A stretch of DNA of 64,000 nt from Candidatus Saccharimonadales bacterium (GCA_050730855.1 JBOHNU010000002.1:23820-87819), one strand, 5' to 3'. Positions 25,804-36,240 are shown, counted from the first letter of the stretch. Notes: generated by a model from the sequence alone, not told the origin. Made by a program: numbers and translations.

Positions 25804-27048
25804 ATGACGCGCTTTTTACGCAATGCTTTGGGGGCAGAGGAACCGACGTTTAGTCAAAGTATCCGGCAGCTCGAGCGTGCAGCGGGCGCGCCCAGCGCCG
25901 ACATCCGCCTGACAAGCGAGCTGGTGTGCCAGGTTAAAGCTAAGGTTGCCGAGCTGGGGCTTGACCCCAACGACACCAGCGGCCAGGAGCTATATGAAGT
26001 TTTGCGTCAGCGCCTGGTACACGACGAGGCGCTAGTGCGCTACCGGCTGGGAGTGCCGGTGGATGCGCCGCCGCCGCTGGTGGCAGACCGCGTGCGCCAC
26101 TTTCTGGGAAAATTGGATGCGCCTGCGGCCTGCTTTGCGCTAAAAAACAGTGTCGCCAAAAAAATGCTGCGCGCCAAGCCACCCAAAACGGCCATGAAGC
26201 GGCTTGGGTACCGCTCGGCCGACTCAATGCTCAAGCACGAGCCGGCGGCGCAGCTGTACGCCGCCGCGCTTATTTACGAATCTCCGTCTTGGCACAAGTC
26301 GTTTTTGGCTCAGTATGTAAAGCTCTCGCCTGGCGATTTCGAGCCGAGGCGCATCAGCGTGCTCCATCCCAAATCCACAAAGTGGCAGCAGGCAAGCCGG
26401 GATTTTGCCGGCCAAACCCGGCAAGTTATGGCTGGCTTCCGCGAGCTGGGTGCGGTGGTGCTTTTGCCACCGGCCGACCACCTGGACGGGCTGGCCATCA
26501 CCACGCTGCTTTTGGCAATAGAGGAAATGAACGAAATCCGCGCCTACAGCTCGTTCATAAAGTTGCAGCAGGTGAAGCCGGCGTTTGGCCGCATTGTACA
26601 GCAGTCGTCGCGGGGCGAGCTGCTTACTTCGGCAACGCTCGCCGGCCGGCCCGTGCCGTGGCGCATGGTGCAGCGCTACTACGCCACATTTAAGGAAGCG
26701 TACCATCCGGAGCTGTTTGAGCCGCATGTGCAACCGGAAGATTTGTCGTGGCATAAAGCAGATGAGGCGTTGGTGCGGCTGGAGCCGTCGCTGCGCTTTT
26801 GGCAAGGCACCGCCATGCTGGCGCTGATGGATCAGGACGAGCCGGTGTCGCTCAATATCTTAGACGTAGCCATAAGCCAGGCAAACCACTTGGCGTTTGG
26901 GCACCGCGTGGTGCATTTTTTCCGCGCTAATCTGTGGCATGAGTTGATGTCTCGCTATCTGCACCAGGAAAATCTCGAGACGGCCGTTAGCCAGCAACTC
27001 TCCGGCGATCTACTCGATAACCAACCAAAACAGGAGGTACCGGCATGA
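25804..27048 (+). CDS. hypothetical protein, 414 aa
   Basis: Long GC-rich ORF with no TM segments and no motif I recognise. Its stop overlaps the start of the LOG-family gene (ATGA). Confidence 0.55.
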   Translation: MTRFLRNALGAEEPTFSQSIRQLERAAGAPSADIRLTSELVCQVKAKVAELGLDPNDTSGQELYEVLRQRLVHDEALVRYRLGVPVDAPPPLVADRVRHFLGKLDAPAACFALKNSVAKKMLRAKPPKTAMKRLGYRSADSMLKHEPAAQLYAAALIYESPSWHKSFLAQYVKLSPGDFEPRRISVLHPKSTKWQQASRDFAGQTRQVMAGFRELGAVVLLPPADHLDGLAITTLLLAIEEMNEIRAYSSFIKLQQVKPAFGRIVQQSSRGELLTSATLAGRPVPWRMVQRYYATFKEAYHPELFEPHVQPEDLSWHKADEALVRLEPSLRFWQGTAMLALMDQDEPVSLNILDVAISQANHLAFGHRVVHFFRANLWHELMSRYLHQENLETAVSQQLSGDLLDNQPKQEVPA

Positions 27049-27761
27049 TAAAAAAGTTTTTGGCTAAACAAAAAACAGAACTACCGCTGCAAACCATAGC
27101 AACGCTTGGCGCAAAGCACATCGACAGCCTGACCGACGGCGAAATAAAAAAGCGCATGAAGCGCATAGACGACGATTTTATGAACGCCTTTCGTTTGCTG
27201 CGTAAGCATCCCGACACTGTTACCTTTTTTGGTTCGTCGATGATCGCCCGCGACAGCAAATACTACTCTCTGGCGCGCCAGCTCGCCAAGCGGGTGGTGT
27301 CCGAGCTGCACCTTACGGTAGTAAGTGGCGGCGGCCCTGGAATTATGGAAGCCGGGAACCGCGGCGCGCGCGAGGCCAAAGGCGACTCGGTTGGCATGAC
27401 CATCGAGCTGCCGAAAGAGCAGGTTAATGGCTATGTTACGCATTCCGCCGACTTTTACTACTTCTTCAGTCGCAAAGTGGCGCTGGCGTTTACCGCCCGC
27501 GCTTTTGTGTACTTCCCGGGCGGATTTGGCACGCTGGACGAGCTGTTCGAAATCCTCACTCTGCAAAAAACAGCCCGCATCCCGCGCATCCCGATTGTGC
27601 TAGTTGGCACAGACTACTGGGACAAGCTACAGGATTTTTTGCAAGAAACCGTTTTGCAAAAAACCGGCGCCATTGCCAAGGAAGATCTGGAACTGTATAC
27701 CATAACCGACAATCTGGACGAAGTGCTAGGCATCATCGCCGGCAATCCGAGAAGCAAATGA
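27045..27761 (+). CDS. LOG-family (TIGR00730-type) nucleotide phosphoribohydrolase
   Basis: GGGPGIMEAGNRGA and PGGFGTLDELFE motifs. Confidence 0.85.
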   Translation: MIKKFLAKQKTELPLQTIATLGAKHIDSLTDGEIKKRMKRIDDDFMNAFRLLRKHPDTVTFFGSSMIARDSKYYSLARQLAKRVVSELHLTVVSGGGPGIMEAGNRGAREAKGDSVGMTIELPKEQVNGYVTHSADFYYFFSRKVALAFTARAFVYFPGGFGTLDELFEILTLQKTARIPRIPIVLVGTDYWDKLQDFLQETVLQKTGAIAKEDLELYTITDNLDEVLGIIAGNPRSK

Positions 27762-27982
27762 AACAGAGAGAACAAAACGAGCTGGCCTTTAGTAAAATTT
27801 TGATCCTGCTGCTGGCGGCTGTTGGGCTTTTATTTGTTATTTGGTTTGCCTGGGTTCGGCCGGAGGAAGAGTCCGCCAACATTACTTCGTTCGACGACTG
27901 CAAAGCGGCTGGCTATCCGGTTCAGGAAAGTTTCCCCGAAGTTTGCGTGGCGCCGGACGGCCAGCGTTTTACTAATAACTAG
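27758..27982 (+). CDS. small membrane-anchored hypothetical protein (74 aa)
   Basis: One TM helix (ILILLLAAVGLLFVIWFAWV) and a short Cys-containing tail. ATGA overlap with the LOG gene. Confidence 0.4.
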   Translation: MKQREQNELAFSKILILLLAAVGLLFVIWFAWVRPEEESANITSFDDCKAAGYPVQESFPEVCVAPDGQRFTNN

Positions 27983-28097
27983 GAAGCCCCCGACTCTGCA
28001 CTATATTACAGGACACATGCGGGTCATGAAACGGGCTTAAATAGCACATTTCGCGCTTACGGGTGCCTGTTACAAATAGTGCAGGTCGGGGACTTCC
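27982..28097 (-). repeat. family-1 hairpin element, copy F (partly decayed)
   Basis: Imperfect arms of about 30 nt: ggaagcccccgactctgcactatattaca against tgttacaaatagtgcaggtcggggacttcc. On the plus strand the core reads GGACACATGCGGGTC (28011-28025) and ACGGGTGCC (28059-28067), the reverse complement of the family core. Confidence 0.75.
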
Positions 28098-28119
28098 TAT
28101 TGGACGCTTCCTAACCTGT

Positions 28120-28125
28120 TACAAT
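28120..28125 (+). promoter_or_regulatory. -10 box candidate (TACAAT) 6 nt upstream of the uvrB ATG
   Basis: TACAAT at 28120-28125, then aggtgg, then ATG 28132. This is leaderless-type spacing. Confidence 0.35.
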
Positions 28126-28131
28126 AGGTGG

Positions 28132-30096
28132 ATGAGCAAGTTCCGACTTACAAGCGACTACCAGCCGACGGGAGACCAGCCGGCGGCTATCGCGCAGTTG
28201 ACTAAAGGTGTTGAAGATGGTTTGCAGAATCAGACGCTGCTTGGTGTAACCGGCAGCGGCAAGACGTTTAGTATGGCCAATGTCATTCAGAATATTCAAA
28301 AACCGACGCTTGTGCTCAGCCACAACAAAACGCTGGCCGCGCAGCTGTATGAGGAGTTTAAAAAGTTTTTCCCCGACAATGCGGTGCACTATTTTGTGAG
28401 TTACTTCGATTATTACCAGCCCGAGGCTTACATTCCGCGCAGCGACACATACATCGAGAAAGACAGCGACATTAACGAAGAAATCGACCGCTTGCGCCAC
28501 GCCGCCACCGACGCGCTGCTATCCCGCCGCGACGTGATTATCGTAGCCAGCGTCAGCTGCATTTACGGTATCGGCTCGCCGACTGACTACAACGATTTAT
28601 CTGTGCGGCTAAAAACCGGCGAGCGCCGCGTGCGCGACAAGCTCATGCGCCAGCTCACAGACATCCAGTATCAGCGCAACGACATAGACTTTAGCCGCGG
28701 CACCTTCCGCGTGCGCGGTGACGTTATCGATATTTTTCCGGCCGGCGAGGAGCTGGCTTACCGTGTGGAGTTTTTTGGCGACGAGGTCGAACGTATTTTG
28801 CAAATCGACCCGCTCACCGGCGAAATTCTAGCCAAACCGACAGAACACACTATTTTCCCTGGATCGCACTACGTCACGCCCTACGACAAGCTCAAGGTGG
28901 CGCTGGGCAACATCGAGCAAGAACTGGCCGATCGCCTGGCACTGTTTAAAAAACAGGGCAAGTTGCTAGAGGCGCAGCGGCTCGGACAGCGCACGCGCTT
29001 CGACCTCGACATGCTGGCCGAAACCGGCTTTGTAAAAGGCATCGAAAATTACAGCCGTTACCTCACCGACCGCGCGCCCGGCGAGCAGCCGGCCACGCTG
29101 CTTGACTATTATCCCGACGACTTTTTAATGTTTATCGACGAAAGTCACATGACCATGCCGCAAGTTCGCGGCATGTACAACGGCGACCGCGCCCGCAAAG
29201 AGGTGCTGGTAGAGCACGGCTTCCGGCTGCCGAGCGCGCTCGACAACCGGCCGCTCACATTTACCGAATTCGAAAAACACATCAACCAAGCCATTTACGT
29301 CAGCGCCACGCCGGCCGAATACGAACTGTCGCGTAGCCCTAAGCCGGCGCAACAAGTAATCCGCCCAACAGGATTGCTCGATCCGCCGATTGAGGTGCGT
29401 CCCATCGACGGGCAGATCGACGACCTCATCGCCGAAATCCGAACTATCACCAGCAAGCGCCAGCGCGTGCTGGTGACCACCCTCACCAAGCGCATGAGTG
29501 AGGACTTAACCGACCACCTAAAAGAGTTAGGGATTAAAGTGGCCTACCTGCATAGCGACGTCGAAACGCTGGAGCGCACCGACATTCTGCGCGACCTGCG
29601 CCTGGGCGTGTACGACGTGCTGGTCGGTATTAACCTGCTGCGTGAGGGTCTGGACTTGCCGGAAGTATCGCTGGTGGCTATTTTGGACGCCGACAAAGAA
29701 GGATTCCTGCGCAGCGAGCAAGCGCTCATCCAAACCGTTGGCCGCGCCGCCCGCCATGCCGAAGGGCGAGTTATTATGTACGCCGATCGCCTTACGCGCA
29801 GCATGAAAGCAACGATGGACGAAACCACCCGCCGCCGGGCAATCCAGGAGAAATACAACCAAGAGCACGGCATTACGCCCACCGGCATAAGCAAATCTAT
29901 CGATAAAGGCATGCGCCCCGATCTGCCGGAAGAAGCCAAGAAAGCCAAGCTCGACCTCAAAAAAATCCCCAAAGACGAGTACAAACACCTTATAAAAGAC
30001 CTAACCGCCCAGATGGATCTAGCCGCCAGCAACCTCCAATTCGAAAAAGCCGCCGAACTGCGTGATTTCATATCCGACGTGAAGTCCAAACTGTAA
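28132..30096 (+). CDS. uvrB: excinuclease ABC subunit B
   Basis: GVTGSGKT Walker A, DESH box, and the C-terminal UVR domain (FEKAAELRD). Start trimmed to ATG 28132 ([17 protein letters not shown]). Confidence 0.95.
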   Translation: MSKFRLTSDYQPTGDQPAAIAQLTKGVEDGLQNQTLLGVTGSGKTFSMANVIQNIQKPTLVLSHNKTLAAQLYEEFKKFFPDNAVHYFVSYFDYYQPEAYIPRSDTYIEKDSDINEEIDRLRHAATDALLSRRDVIIVASVSCIYGIGSPTDYNDLSVRLKTGERRVRDKLMRQLTDIQYQRNDIDFSRGTFRVRGDVIDIFPAGEELAYRVEFFGDEVERILQIDPLTGEILAKPTEHTIFPGSHYVTPYDKLKVALGNIEQELADRLALFKKQGKLLEAQRLGQRTRFDLDMLAETGFVKGIENYSRYLTDRAPGEQPATLLDYYPDDFLMFIDESHMTMPQVRGMYNGDRARKEVLVEHGFRLPSALDNRPLTFTEFEKHINQAIYVSATPAEYELSRSPKPAQQVIRPTGLLDPPIEVRPIDGQIDDLIAEIRTITSKRQRVLVTTLTKRMSEDLTDHLKELGIKVAYLHSDVETLERTDILRDLRLGVYDVLVGINLLREGLDLPEVSLVAILDADKEGFLRSEQALIQTVGRAARHAEGRVIMYADRLTRSMKATMDETTRRRAIQEKYNQEHGITPTGISKSIDKGMRPDLPEEAKKAKLDLKKIPKDEYKHLIKDLTAQMDLAASNLQFEKAAELRDFISDVKSKL

Positions 30097-30149
30097 GGAG
30101 CCTAAAAGGGCCGCACCCTTTGCAGATAAAGATTCTGTAGATTTCGGAA

Positions 30150-31682
30150 ATGTCGAAAGGGTTTGTTTTGCAGGCGAATGGGCGTATAGCGCCTTGCTAT
30201 ACTTGTAGTAACGTGCGTAAAACCTACAAACGGCGGAATCGGTTTCGAGTAACTTCCCGGCACTGGCGCAAGCGTGCGCTGTGGCTTTTGGGAAGTTTAC
30301 TGGTTGTGCTGGCGCTAGCCAATGCCACCATGTGGTTTTTGTACCGCGGTAAAGTGTTGCCCCATGTGCGGTTGGGGGCGGTGCCGGTTGGCAACGTCGC
30401 TTACGATGAATTAGACGACAAAGTCGCAGTGGAGGAGCTACTGCCGCCGGAGATTGCGCTGAGTACCGGTGACAAGCAGGAGGTTGTGGAGGTTACTGGA
30501 CTTGGTGTGAGTGTAGACTGGCCAGCAACGAGCGAGCGGCTGCGACAACAGCGTTCGTGGCTGCCGCTGCTCAACCTGGTGGTGCATAGGACGGTGCCGG
30601 TGGAGCTAGCGGTGGACAATACCTTGTTCTCTGCCGAGCAGGCTAGGCTAGCACCAGCGTTTTCCAAGCCGGCGCTGCCGGAGCGGATTGTGTTTAGCGG
30701 CCAGAACTTCGAAATTGCTGTGCCCGAGGCTGGCTACGAGCTGGACGCGGCGCAGTTTCAATCCCAGGTACTAGCAGCCATCGAGACGGGAAGGCGAGAG
30801 GTTACTGTGCCGACCAAGGTTGTTGAGCCGGCGCTCAGCGACGCCAGCCTGGACGGCACGCTGCAATCGCTGCGCGAAAAACTGGGAGTTGCGATTAAGT
30901 TTACGCTAAGCGGCCAGGAGGTTAAGCCAGGACGAGCCGACATCGGCGGCTGGTTTGTGCCAAGCGGCCGGTCGATGGCATTCTCGGCCGAAAAAGCCAA
31001 AGCCTACGCGGCCGGGTTGGGTGACGTGTACAACTCCGGCAATGCGGCTTTGGCCGCTAACTACGCGCTCGACAAGTTGGCAAACATAACTTTCGTGCTC
31101 TCGGCTAACCGAGCGCCGGCCAAGTACACCTACTGCGCCGCGACAAAAGGCGTAGATCAAGCGCACTTGCCTGGGTTTATTGCCAAAACCGCCGCTGTAC
31201 TGGGCGATCCGCGCGGCTGGAACGCTGGCGGCAAGGTGGCGTTTGAGCGGGTAGAGTCGGGCTGCGACTTTTCATTGTGGCTTAGCGCACCATCGCAGAT
31301 GACTAGCTTTGGTGGCTTGTGCGATTCGTTTTGGAGCTGCCGCTCCGGCCGCAATGTAGTAATTAACTTCGACCGCTGGCAAGGCGCCACCGATGCCTGG
31401 AATAATGCGGGCGGCGGGCTGGAAGATTACCGCGCCATGGTTACGAACCACGAGGTCGGCCACTGGCTGGGCTTCGGCCATCGTAACTGCCCGGGAGCCG
31501 GCCAGCCCGCGCCGGTGATGCAGCAGCAATCCATAAACCTGCAGGGTTGCAAGTTCAACCCCTGGCCGACCGAGCCGGAACTCTCCACACTCAAGCAAGC
31601 CCGCGGTATCGCCATGCTCCCCGCACGCGAAGATTACACTTTCCCTAATAGCTGTTGTAGTTGCGGCCACTGCGCGGCTTGA
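30150..31682 (+). CDS. membrane-anchored putative zinc metallopeptidase (HExxHxxGxxH, DUF3152-like C-terminal domain)
   Basis: TM helix ALWLLGSLLVVLALANATMWFL. C-terminal NHEVGHWLGFGH metzincin-like motif. Start codon uncertain. Confidence 0.6.
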   Translation: MSKGFVLQANGRIAPCYTCSNVRKTYKRRNRFRVTSRHWRKRALWLLGSLLVVLALANATMWFLYRGKVLPHVRLGAVPVGNVAYDELDDKVAVEELLPPEIALSTGDKQEVVEVTGLGVSVDWPATSERLRQQRSWLPLLNLVVHRTVPVELAVDNTLFSAEQARLAPAFSKPALPERIVFSGQNFEIAVPEAGYELDAAQFQSQVLAAIETGRREVTVPTKVVEPALSDASLDGTLQSLREKLGVAIKFTLSGQEVKPGRADIGGWFVPSGRSMAFSAEKAKAYAAGLGDVYNSGNAALAANYALDKLANITFVLSANRAPAKYTYCAATKGVDQAHLPGFIAKTAAVLGDPRGWNAGGKVAFERVESGCDFSLWLSAPSQMTSFGGLCDSFWSCRSGRNVVINFDRWQGATDAWNNAGGGLEDYRAMVTNHEVGHWLGFGHRNCPGAGQPAPVMQQQSINLQGCKFNPWPTEPELSTLKQARGIAMLPAREDYTFPNSCCSCGHCAA

Positions 31683-31717
31683 TTACCTCTGGTAGGTACT
31701 GCTATACTAGGCAAATA

Positions 31718-32011
31718 ATGACAAAACTCTCACGAGACGATGTGCTTAAATTGGCTCGGCTGGCCAGGCTCGACATTACCGACGAAGAGGTCGAGCTGTA
31801 CCGTAAGGAGCTAAGCAACATCTTGCAGTATGTCGAGCAAATCCAAAACACCGATGTAACCGGCCTAAAGCCAACTACGCAGGTAACCGGCCTCACCAAT
31901 GTCATGCGCGACGACGAAGTACAAGATTACGGCGCAAGTGCCAACGACTTGCTGCGCCTGGCACCCAAAACGCAAGACCGCCAGCTAAAGGTAAAGAGGA
32001 TGATTAAATGA
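31718..32011 (+). CDS. gatC: Asp/Glu-tRNA amidotransferase subunit C
   Basis: MTKLSRDDVLKLARLARLDITDEEVE is a typical GatC N-terminus. Start trimmed to ATG 31718. Confidence 0.9.
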   Translation: MTKLSRDDVLKLARLARLDITDEEVELYRKELSNILQYVEQIQNTDVTGLKPTTQVTGLTNVMRDDEVQDYGASANDLLRLAPKTQDRQLKVKRMIK

Positions 32012-33435
32012 GCCAGTGGCTGCCAATAAAAGAGCTGGCCGCTAAAGTGCAGGCCGGCGAGCTGAAAGCTGTTGACCTTGTTGAGAAGGCGCTTAAAACT
32101 ATCGAAGACAAAAAAGAGTACAACGCCATAATTGTCGTTATTGACGAGCGCGCCCGCCAGCGCGCTAAGAGCATTGATGCGGCAGTTAATAGGGGCGAAA
32201 AAGCCGGTCGTTTGGCCGGCGTGCCGTTTATCGCTAAGGATAATTATTTAGTTTTTGGCGCCGAGACTACGGCCGCCAGCAATATGCTGCGCGGCTTTAC
32301 TGCTCCGTATCAGTCAACAGTGATCGAGCGGCTAGAGGCCGAAGGTGCGATCTGCGTGGCCAAGGCCAACCTAGACGCCTTTGCCCACGGTGCGAGCACC
32401 GAAAACAGCGACTTCTTCACCACCAAACACCCGCATGATAAAACTCGTGTTCCGGGCGGCTCATCTGGCGGCTCTGCTGCGTCAGTCGTGTTGGATTTAG
32501 CGCCGTTCGCGCTCGGCACCGACACCGGTGGCTCCATCCGCCAACCGGCCAGCTTTGTGGGCTGCGTGGCATTTAAGCCGACATATGGCCTGACCTCGCG
32601 TTACGGGGTTGTGGCGATGGCCAGCAGTACCGATGTTATGGGGCCGCTTGCCCGCACAGTGGAAGACGCGGCAGTTATTATAGATATTATTGCCGGCCGT
32701 GACCCGTTTGACAGCACAACTATTGAGCGCGACCCGGACGGTTACGATGCCGCGCTAGTGTCGCTGAATGGCAAGAAAATCGGCATTATCAAGGAATATA
32801 TGGGCGAGGGTTTGGACGACAACGTCAAAGTTGTTATTGAAGCCGCAGCGGCCAAGCTCCAGCAGGCCGGCGCCGAGGTCGTTGAGGTCAGCCTGCCGTC
32901 GCTGCCTTTGGCGTTGGCCGTGTACTACATAGTTGTTCCGGCGGAACTTTCCAGCAACCTTGCCCGCCACGACGGACAACGATATCCGTTTTCCAGCGGT
33001 GAAGGTAAAGACTTGGAGGAAAGCTACCGCAAATCGCGCGGCATCGGCTTTGGCAAAGAGGCCAAGCGCCGCATTATGATCGGCACCTACGTGCTCTCCA
33101 GCGGCTACTATGACGCCTACTATCGCCGGGCGCAGACCGTCCGCACGAAAATTATTAACGAGTTTAACGACGCCTACAGCAAGGTCGATTTTTTAATTGG
33201 CCCTACTGCACCAACCACCGCGTTTAAGATTGGCGAGAACGCCGGCGATCCGCTCAAGATGTATCTGGCCGATGTAATGACCGTGGCCGTTAGCCTGGCT
33301 GGAGTTCCGGCCGCAGTGGTGCCAGCTGGTCTGGCCGACGACGGCCTGCCGGTGGGGTTGCAGATCATGGCGCCGCAGCGCAAAGATCGCCAGCTGCTGG
33401 GCGTTGCCAAAGCGGCCGAGGAGGCACTGAAATGA
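32008..33435 (+). CDS. gatA: Asp/Glu-tRNA amidotransferase subunit A
   Basis: Amidase signature GGSSGGSAA...GTDTGGSIRQPA. Confidence 0.95.
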   Translation: MSQWLPIKELAAKVQAGELKAVDLVEKALKTIEDKKEYNAIIVVIDERARQRAKSIDAAVNRGEKAGRLAGVPFIAKDNYLVFGAETTAASNMLRGFTAPYQSTVIERLEAEGAICVAKANLDAFAHGASTENSDFFTTKHPHDKTRVPGGSSGGSAASVVLDLAPFALGTDTGGSIRQPASFVGCVAFKPTYGLTSRYGVVAMASSTDVMGPLARTVEDAAVIIDIIAGRDPFDSTTIERDPDGYDAALVSLNGKKIGIIKEYMGEGLDDNVKVVIEAAAAKLQQAGAEVVEVSLPSLPLALAVYYIVVPAELSSNLARHDGQRYPFSSGEGKDLEESYRKSRGIGFGKEAKRRIMIGTYVLSSGYYDAYYRRAQTVRTKIINEFNDAYSKVDFLIGPTAPTTAFKIGENAGDPLKMYLADVMTVAVSLAGVPAAVVPAGLADDGLPVGLQIMAPQRKDRQLLGVAKAAEEALK

Positions 33436-33854
33436 TCGACATAGGTATGTACGTTGGCGGCGGCTTTATAGTTCTGGGTGCGCTTGCCGGTCTGTTTATA
33501 TGGTGGCGCCGCCGCAAGCGTCCGCTGGATAAGGTGTATTTTAAGAAAGAGTGGCGCGAGCTGCAAAAACTGCTTAAAAACAAAGAGCGCTGGGACGTCG
33601 CCCTGCTGCAAGCCGACAATTTGCTGGACATTGCGCTCAAGAAAAACCGCATACGCGGCCATAATATGGGCGAGCGGCTGGTTAAAGCGCAGCGGTTGTT
33701 TAGCGACAACGACAGTGTATGGTTCGGCCACAAACTACGCAACAAAGTGGAGAGCGAACCAGACATGAAGCTCAAGGAAAAAGAAATCAAACAGGCACTG
33801 GTGGGCATCCGCCAGGCGCTAAAAGATTTAGGAGCGTTGCCTGATGGTAAGTAA
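33432..33854 (+). CDS. hypothetical membrane-anchored protein inserted between gatA and gatB
   Basis: 140 aa with an N-terminal TM helix and a basic stop-transfer (WWRRRKRP), then a helical charged domain. ATGA overlap with gatA and an 11-nt overlap with gatB. Confidence 0.5.
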   Translation: MIDIGMYVGGGFIVLGALAGLFIWWRRRKRPLDKVYFKKEWRELQKLLKNKERWDVALLQADNLLDIALKKNRIRGHNMGERLVKAQRLFSDNDSVWFGHKLRNKVESEPDMKLKEKEIKQALVGIRQALKDLGALPDGK

Positions 33855-35334
33855 AGAGACACGTGCCAAATACACCTCTACCATCGGTATTGAGTGCCAT
33901 GTGCAGCTGAAAACCGCAACCAAACTGTTCGCGGCAGTCGGCAACGATGCGCGCGACGCTACGCCAAATACGTTAGTTAGCCCGATTTGTTTTGGCCTGC
34001 CCGGCGTGCTGCCGGTGCTCAATCGTGAGGCAGTGCATTTGGCCATGAGCGCCGCTTTTGCACTTAATACCGTACCGCAAAGATACAGCTACTTCGAGCG
34101 CAAGCATTATTTTTACCCGGATTTACCGTTGGGGTACCAGATTTCGCAGCTCAGTCAGCCTATCATCAAGGGCGGTTCTCTGACTGTCGATGTCGACAGC
34201 AAACCGGTAACGGTCAGAATCAACCGCGTGCAAATGGAGGCCGATGCCGGCAAGAGCACCCATCCGGCAGAAGCCGATTACAGCTTGGTCGACTTTAACC
34301 GTGCTGGCACGCCGTTGCTTGAAATTGTCTCTGAGGCCGACATGCACTCCGCTGTCGAGGCTAAAGTCTACGCCCGCGAGCTTTACCTGACCCTGCGTTA
34401 CGCGGACGTGTCTGACTGTAACCTGTACTACGGCAACATGCGCTTTGACGTAAACGTCAGCGTCAGTAAAACCGACACATTGGGCACGCGTACAGAAACC
34501 AAAAACCTCAATTCCTTTCGTGCTGTTGAAAAGACGGTGGAGTATGAAGTTAATCGCCAGATTGAACGTCTCGAAAAGGGCGAAAAAATCGTCCAAGAAA
34601 CGCGCGGTTGGGATGATGCCAAACAGAGTACGTTTGCCCAGCGCAGCAAAGAAAACGCCGAAGATTATCGCTACATGCCCGAACCAGACATTCCGCCCAT
34701 CGAACTGACCGACGATATGATTACAGCAGTTAGAGAAGAAATGCCGGTGCTGCCGCACCAGTGGCGCAAACGTCTGGAGGCGCTCGGCCTGGACCCAGCG
34801 CAAACCGACACCTTGCTGGAGGGTGAACTGGACGAGCCAACCGTCAGCTATCTGCAACTCATTGAGGCCGTGCTGGGCGAAAAACCGCTGGCCAAGGCCA
34901 TCGCCAACTGGGCAGTCAACCTCGAAATCCCGCTGCGCCGCAAGAGCGACATCGCACAAGCTCACCTCGATAACGAGCAGCGTCTGCACGTATACCGCGA
35001 GGTGTTTGGGCTGACATCCGGCGGCAAACTCAGCTCGTCGAACGCCAAAACATTGCTTGGGACGTTATTGGCCGAACAAATTTTACCCCAAGACATCGCC
35101 GCCCACGCCAAGCAGCACAACCTCATACAGGAGTCAGACGAAGGCGAGCTGGAAAAAATCGTCGCCACAGTCCTAGCCGAAAACCCGAAGGCCGCGCAAG
35201 ATGTTAAGGACGGCGAAGCCAAAGCCATCGGCTTTCTAGTCGGCCAGGTAATGAAGCAGTCCCAAGGCCGCGCCAACCCGGCAATCGCGCAAAAGCTCAT
35301 TAAGAAACAGTTAGGGATAGGGGAAACGACATGA
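33844..35334 (+). CDS. gatB: Asp/Glu-tRNA amidotransferase subunit B
   Basis: IGIECHVQL, DFNRAGTPLLEIV and a C-terminal GatB_Yqey domain. Confidence 0.95.
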   Translation: MVSKETRAKYTSTIGIECHVQLKTATKLFAAVGNDARDATPNTLVSPICFGLPGVLPVLNREAVHLAMSAAFALNTVPQRYSYFERKHYFYPDLPLGYQISQLSQPIIKGGSLTVDVDSKPVTVRINRVQMEADAGKSTHPAEADYSLVDFNRAGTPLLEIVSEADMHSAVEAKVYARELYLTLRYADVSDCNLYYGNMRFDVNVSVSKTDTLGTRTETKNLNSFRAVEKTVEYEVNRQIERLEKGEKIVQETRGWDDAKQSTFAQRSKENAEDYRYMPEPDIPPIELTDDMITAVREEMPVLPHQWRKRLEALGLDPAQTDTLLEGELDEPTVSYLQLIEAVLGEKPLAKAIANWAVNLEIPLRRKSDIAQAHLDNEQRLHVYREVFGLTSGGKLSSSNAKTLLGTLLAEQILPQDIAAHAKQHNLIQESDEGELEKIVATVLAENPKAAQDVKDGEAKAIGFLVGQVMKQSQGRANPAIAQKLIKKQLGIGETT

Positions 35335-36224
35335 CCAAAGTTCGCAAAGCAGTAATTCCGGCGGCTGGGTTTGGTACCAGATTTTTGCCGCAGACTAAGG
35401 CCATGCCGAAGGAGATGCTGCCGATTGTCGACAAGCCGATCATTCAATATTTGGTGGAGCAACTGGTGGCTGCTGGTATAAAGGACATTATTATTGTTAC
35501 CGGGCAGAACAAGCGGAGTATTGAAGACCACTTTGACGTTCCAACGCAGGATTTGATTGCCAACTTGCGCATGGGCGGCGAGAAAAAACAGCCCCTCATC
35601 GAGCAGGTTGAGTCAATCTCTGACCTGGCCAACTTTATATATGTGCGCCAGAAAGGGCCGTATGGCAACGGCACGCCTCTGCTTTGCGTAGAGCACCTCA
35701 TCGGCGACGAGCCGTTTATTTATGTCTGGAGCGACGACCTGGTGGTATCCGACCCGCCGATGTACCAGCAAATGATCGAGGCCTACACACAGTACTACGG
35801 TTTGGTCACCTGCTGCATGCGGGTGAAAGACGAGGACAGCTTTAAAAAGTATGGCTTTGTTGGCGGCAAGAAGCTGCGCCCGGGGATTTTGGATGTCGAT
35901 GCGATTATCGAAAAGCCGGGCAGCAAGGCACAAGCTCCGTCAGACTTCGCGCAGATCGCCGGTTTTGTAGTAACGCCGGACATTTTTAAATACCTGCACG
36001 AAGCGCAGAGCAACCTAAAAGACGGCGACGAGCTGTACTTTAACGACGCGCTTAACCTAATGCTGGCCGACCGCCGCCGCGTGATTGCCATGGAGTTCCA
36101 AAACGGCACGCGCTACGACACCGGCGACAAGCTGGAGTACCTAAAAACTGTGGTCGACTTTGCGCTCCAGCACGATGACGTGGCTGAGCCGTTTAAGCAG
36201 TACTTGCGCTCCAAAATAAAATAG
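35331..36224 (+). CDS. galU: UTP--glucose-1-phosphate uridylyltransferase
   Basis: KAVIPAAGFGTRFLPQTKAMPKEMLPIVDKP signature. Confidence 0.9.
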   Translation: MTKVRKAVIPAAGFGTRFLPQTKAMPKEMLPIVDKPIIQYLVEQLVAAGIKDIIIVTGQNKRSIEDHFDVPTQDLIANLRMGGEKKQPLIEQVESISDLANFIYVRQKGPYGNGTPLLCVEHLIGDEPFIYVWSDDLVVSDPPMYQQMIEAYTQYYGLVTCCMRVKDEDSFKKYGFVGGKKLRPGILDVDAIIEKPGSKAQAPSDFAQIAGFVVTPDIFKYLHEAQSNLKDGDELYFNDALNLMLADRRRVIAMEFQNGTRYDTGDKLEYLKTVVDFALQHDDVAEPFKQYLRSKIK

Positions 36225-36240
36225 GCGTATAGTATTGTAT

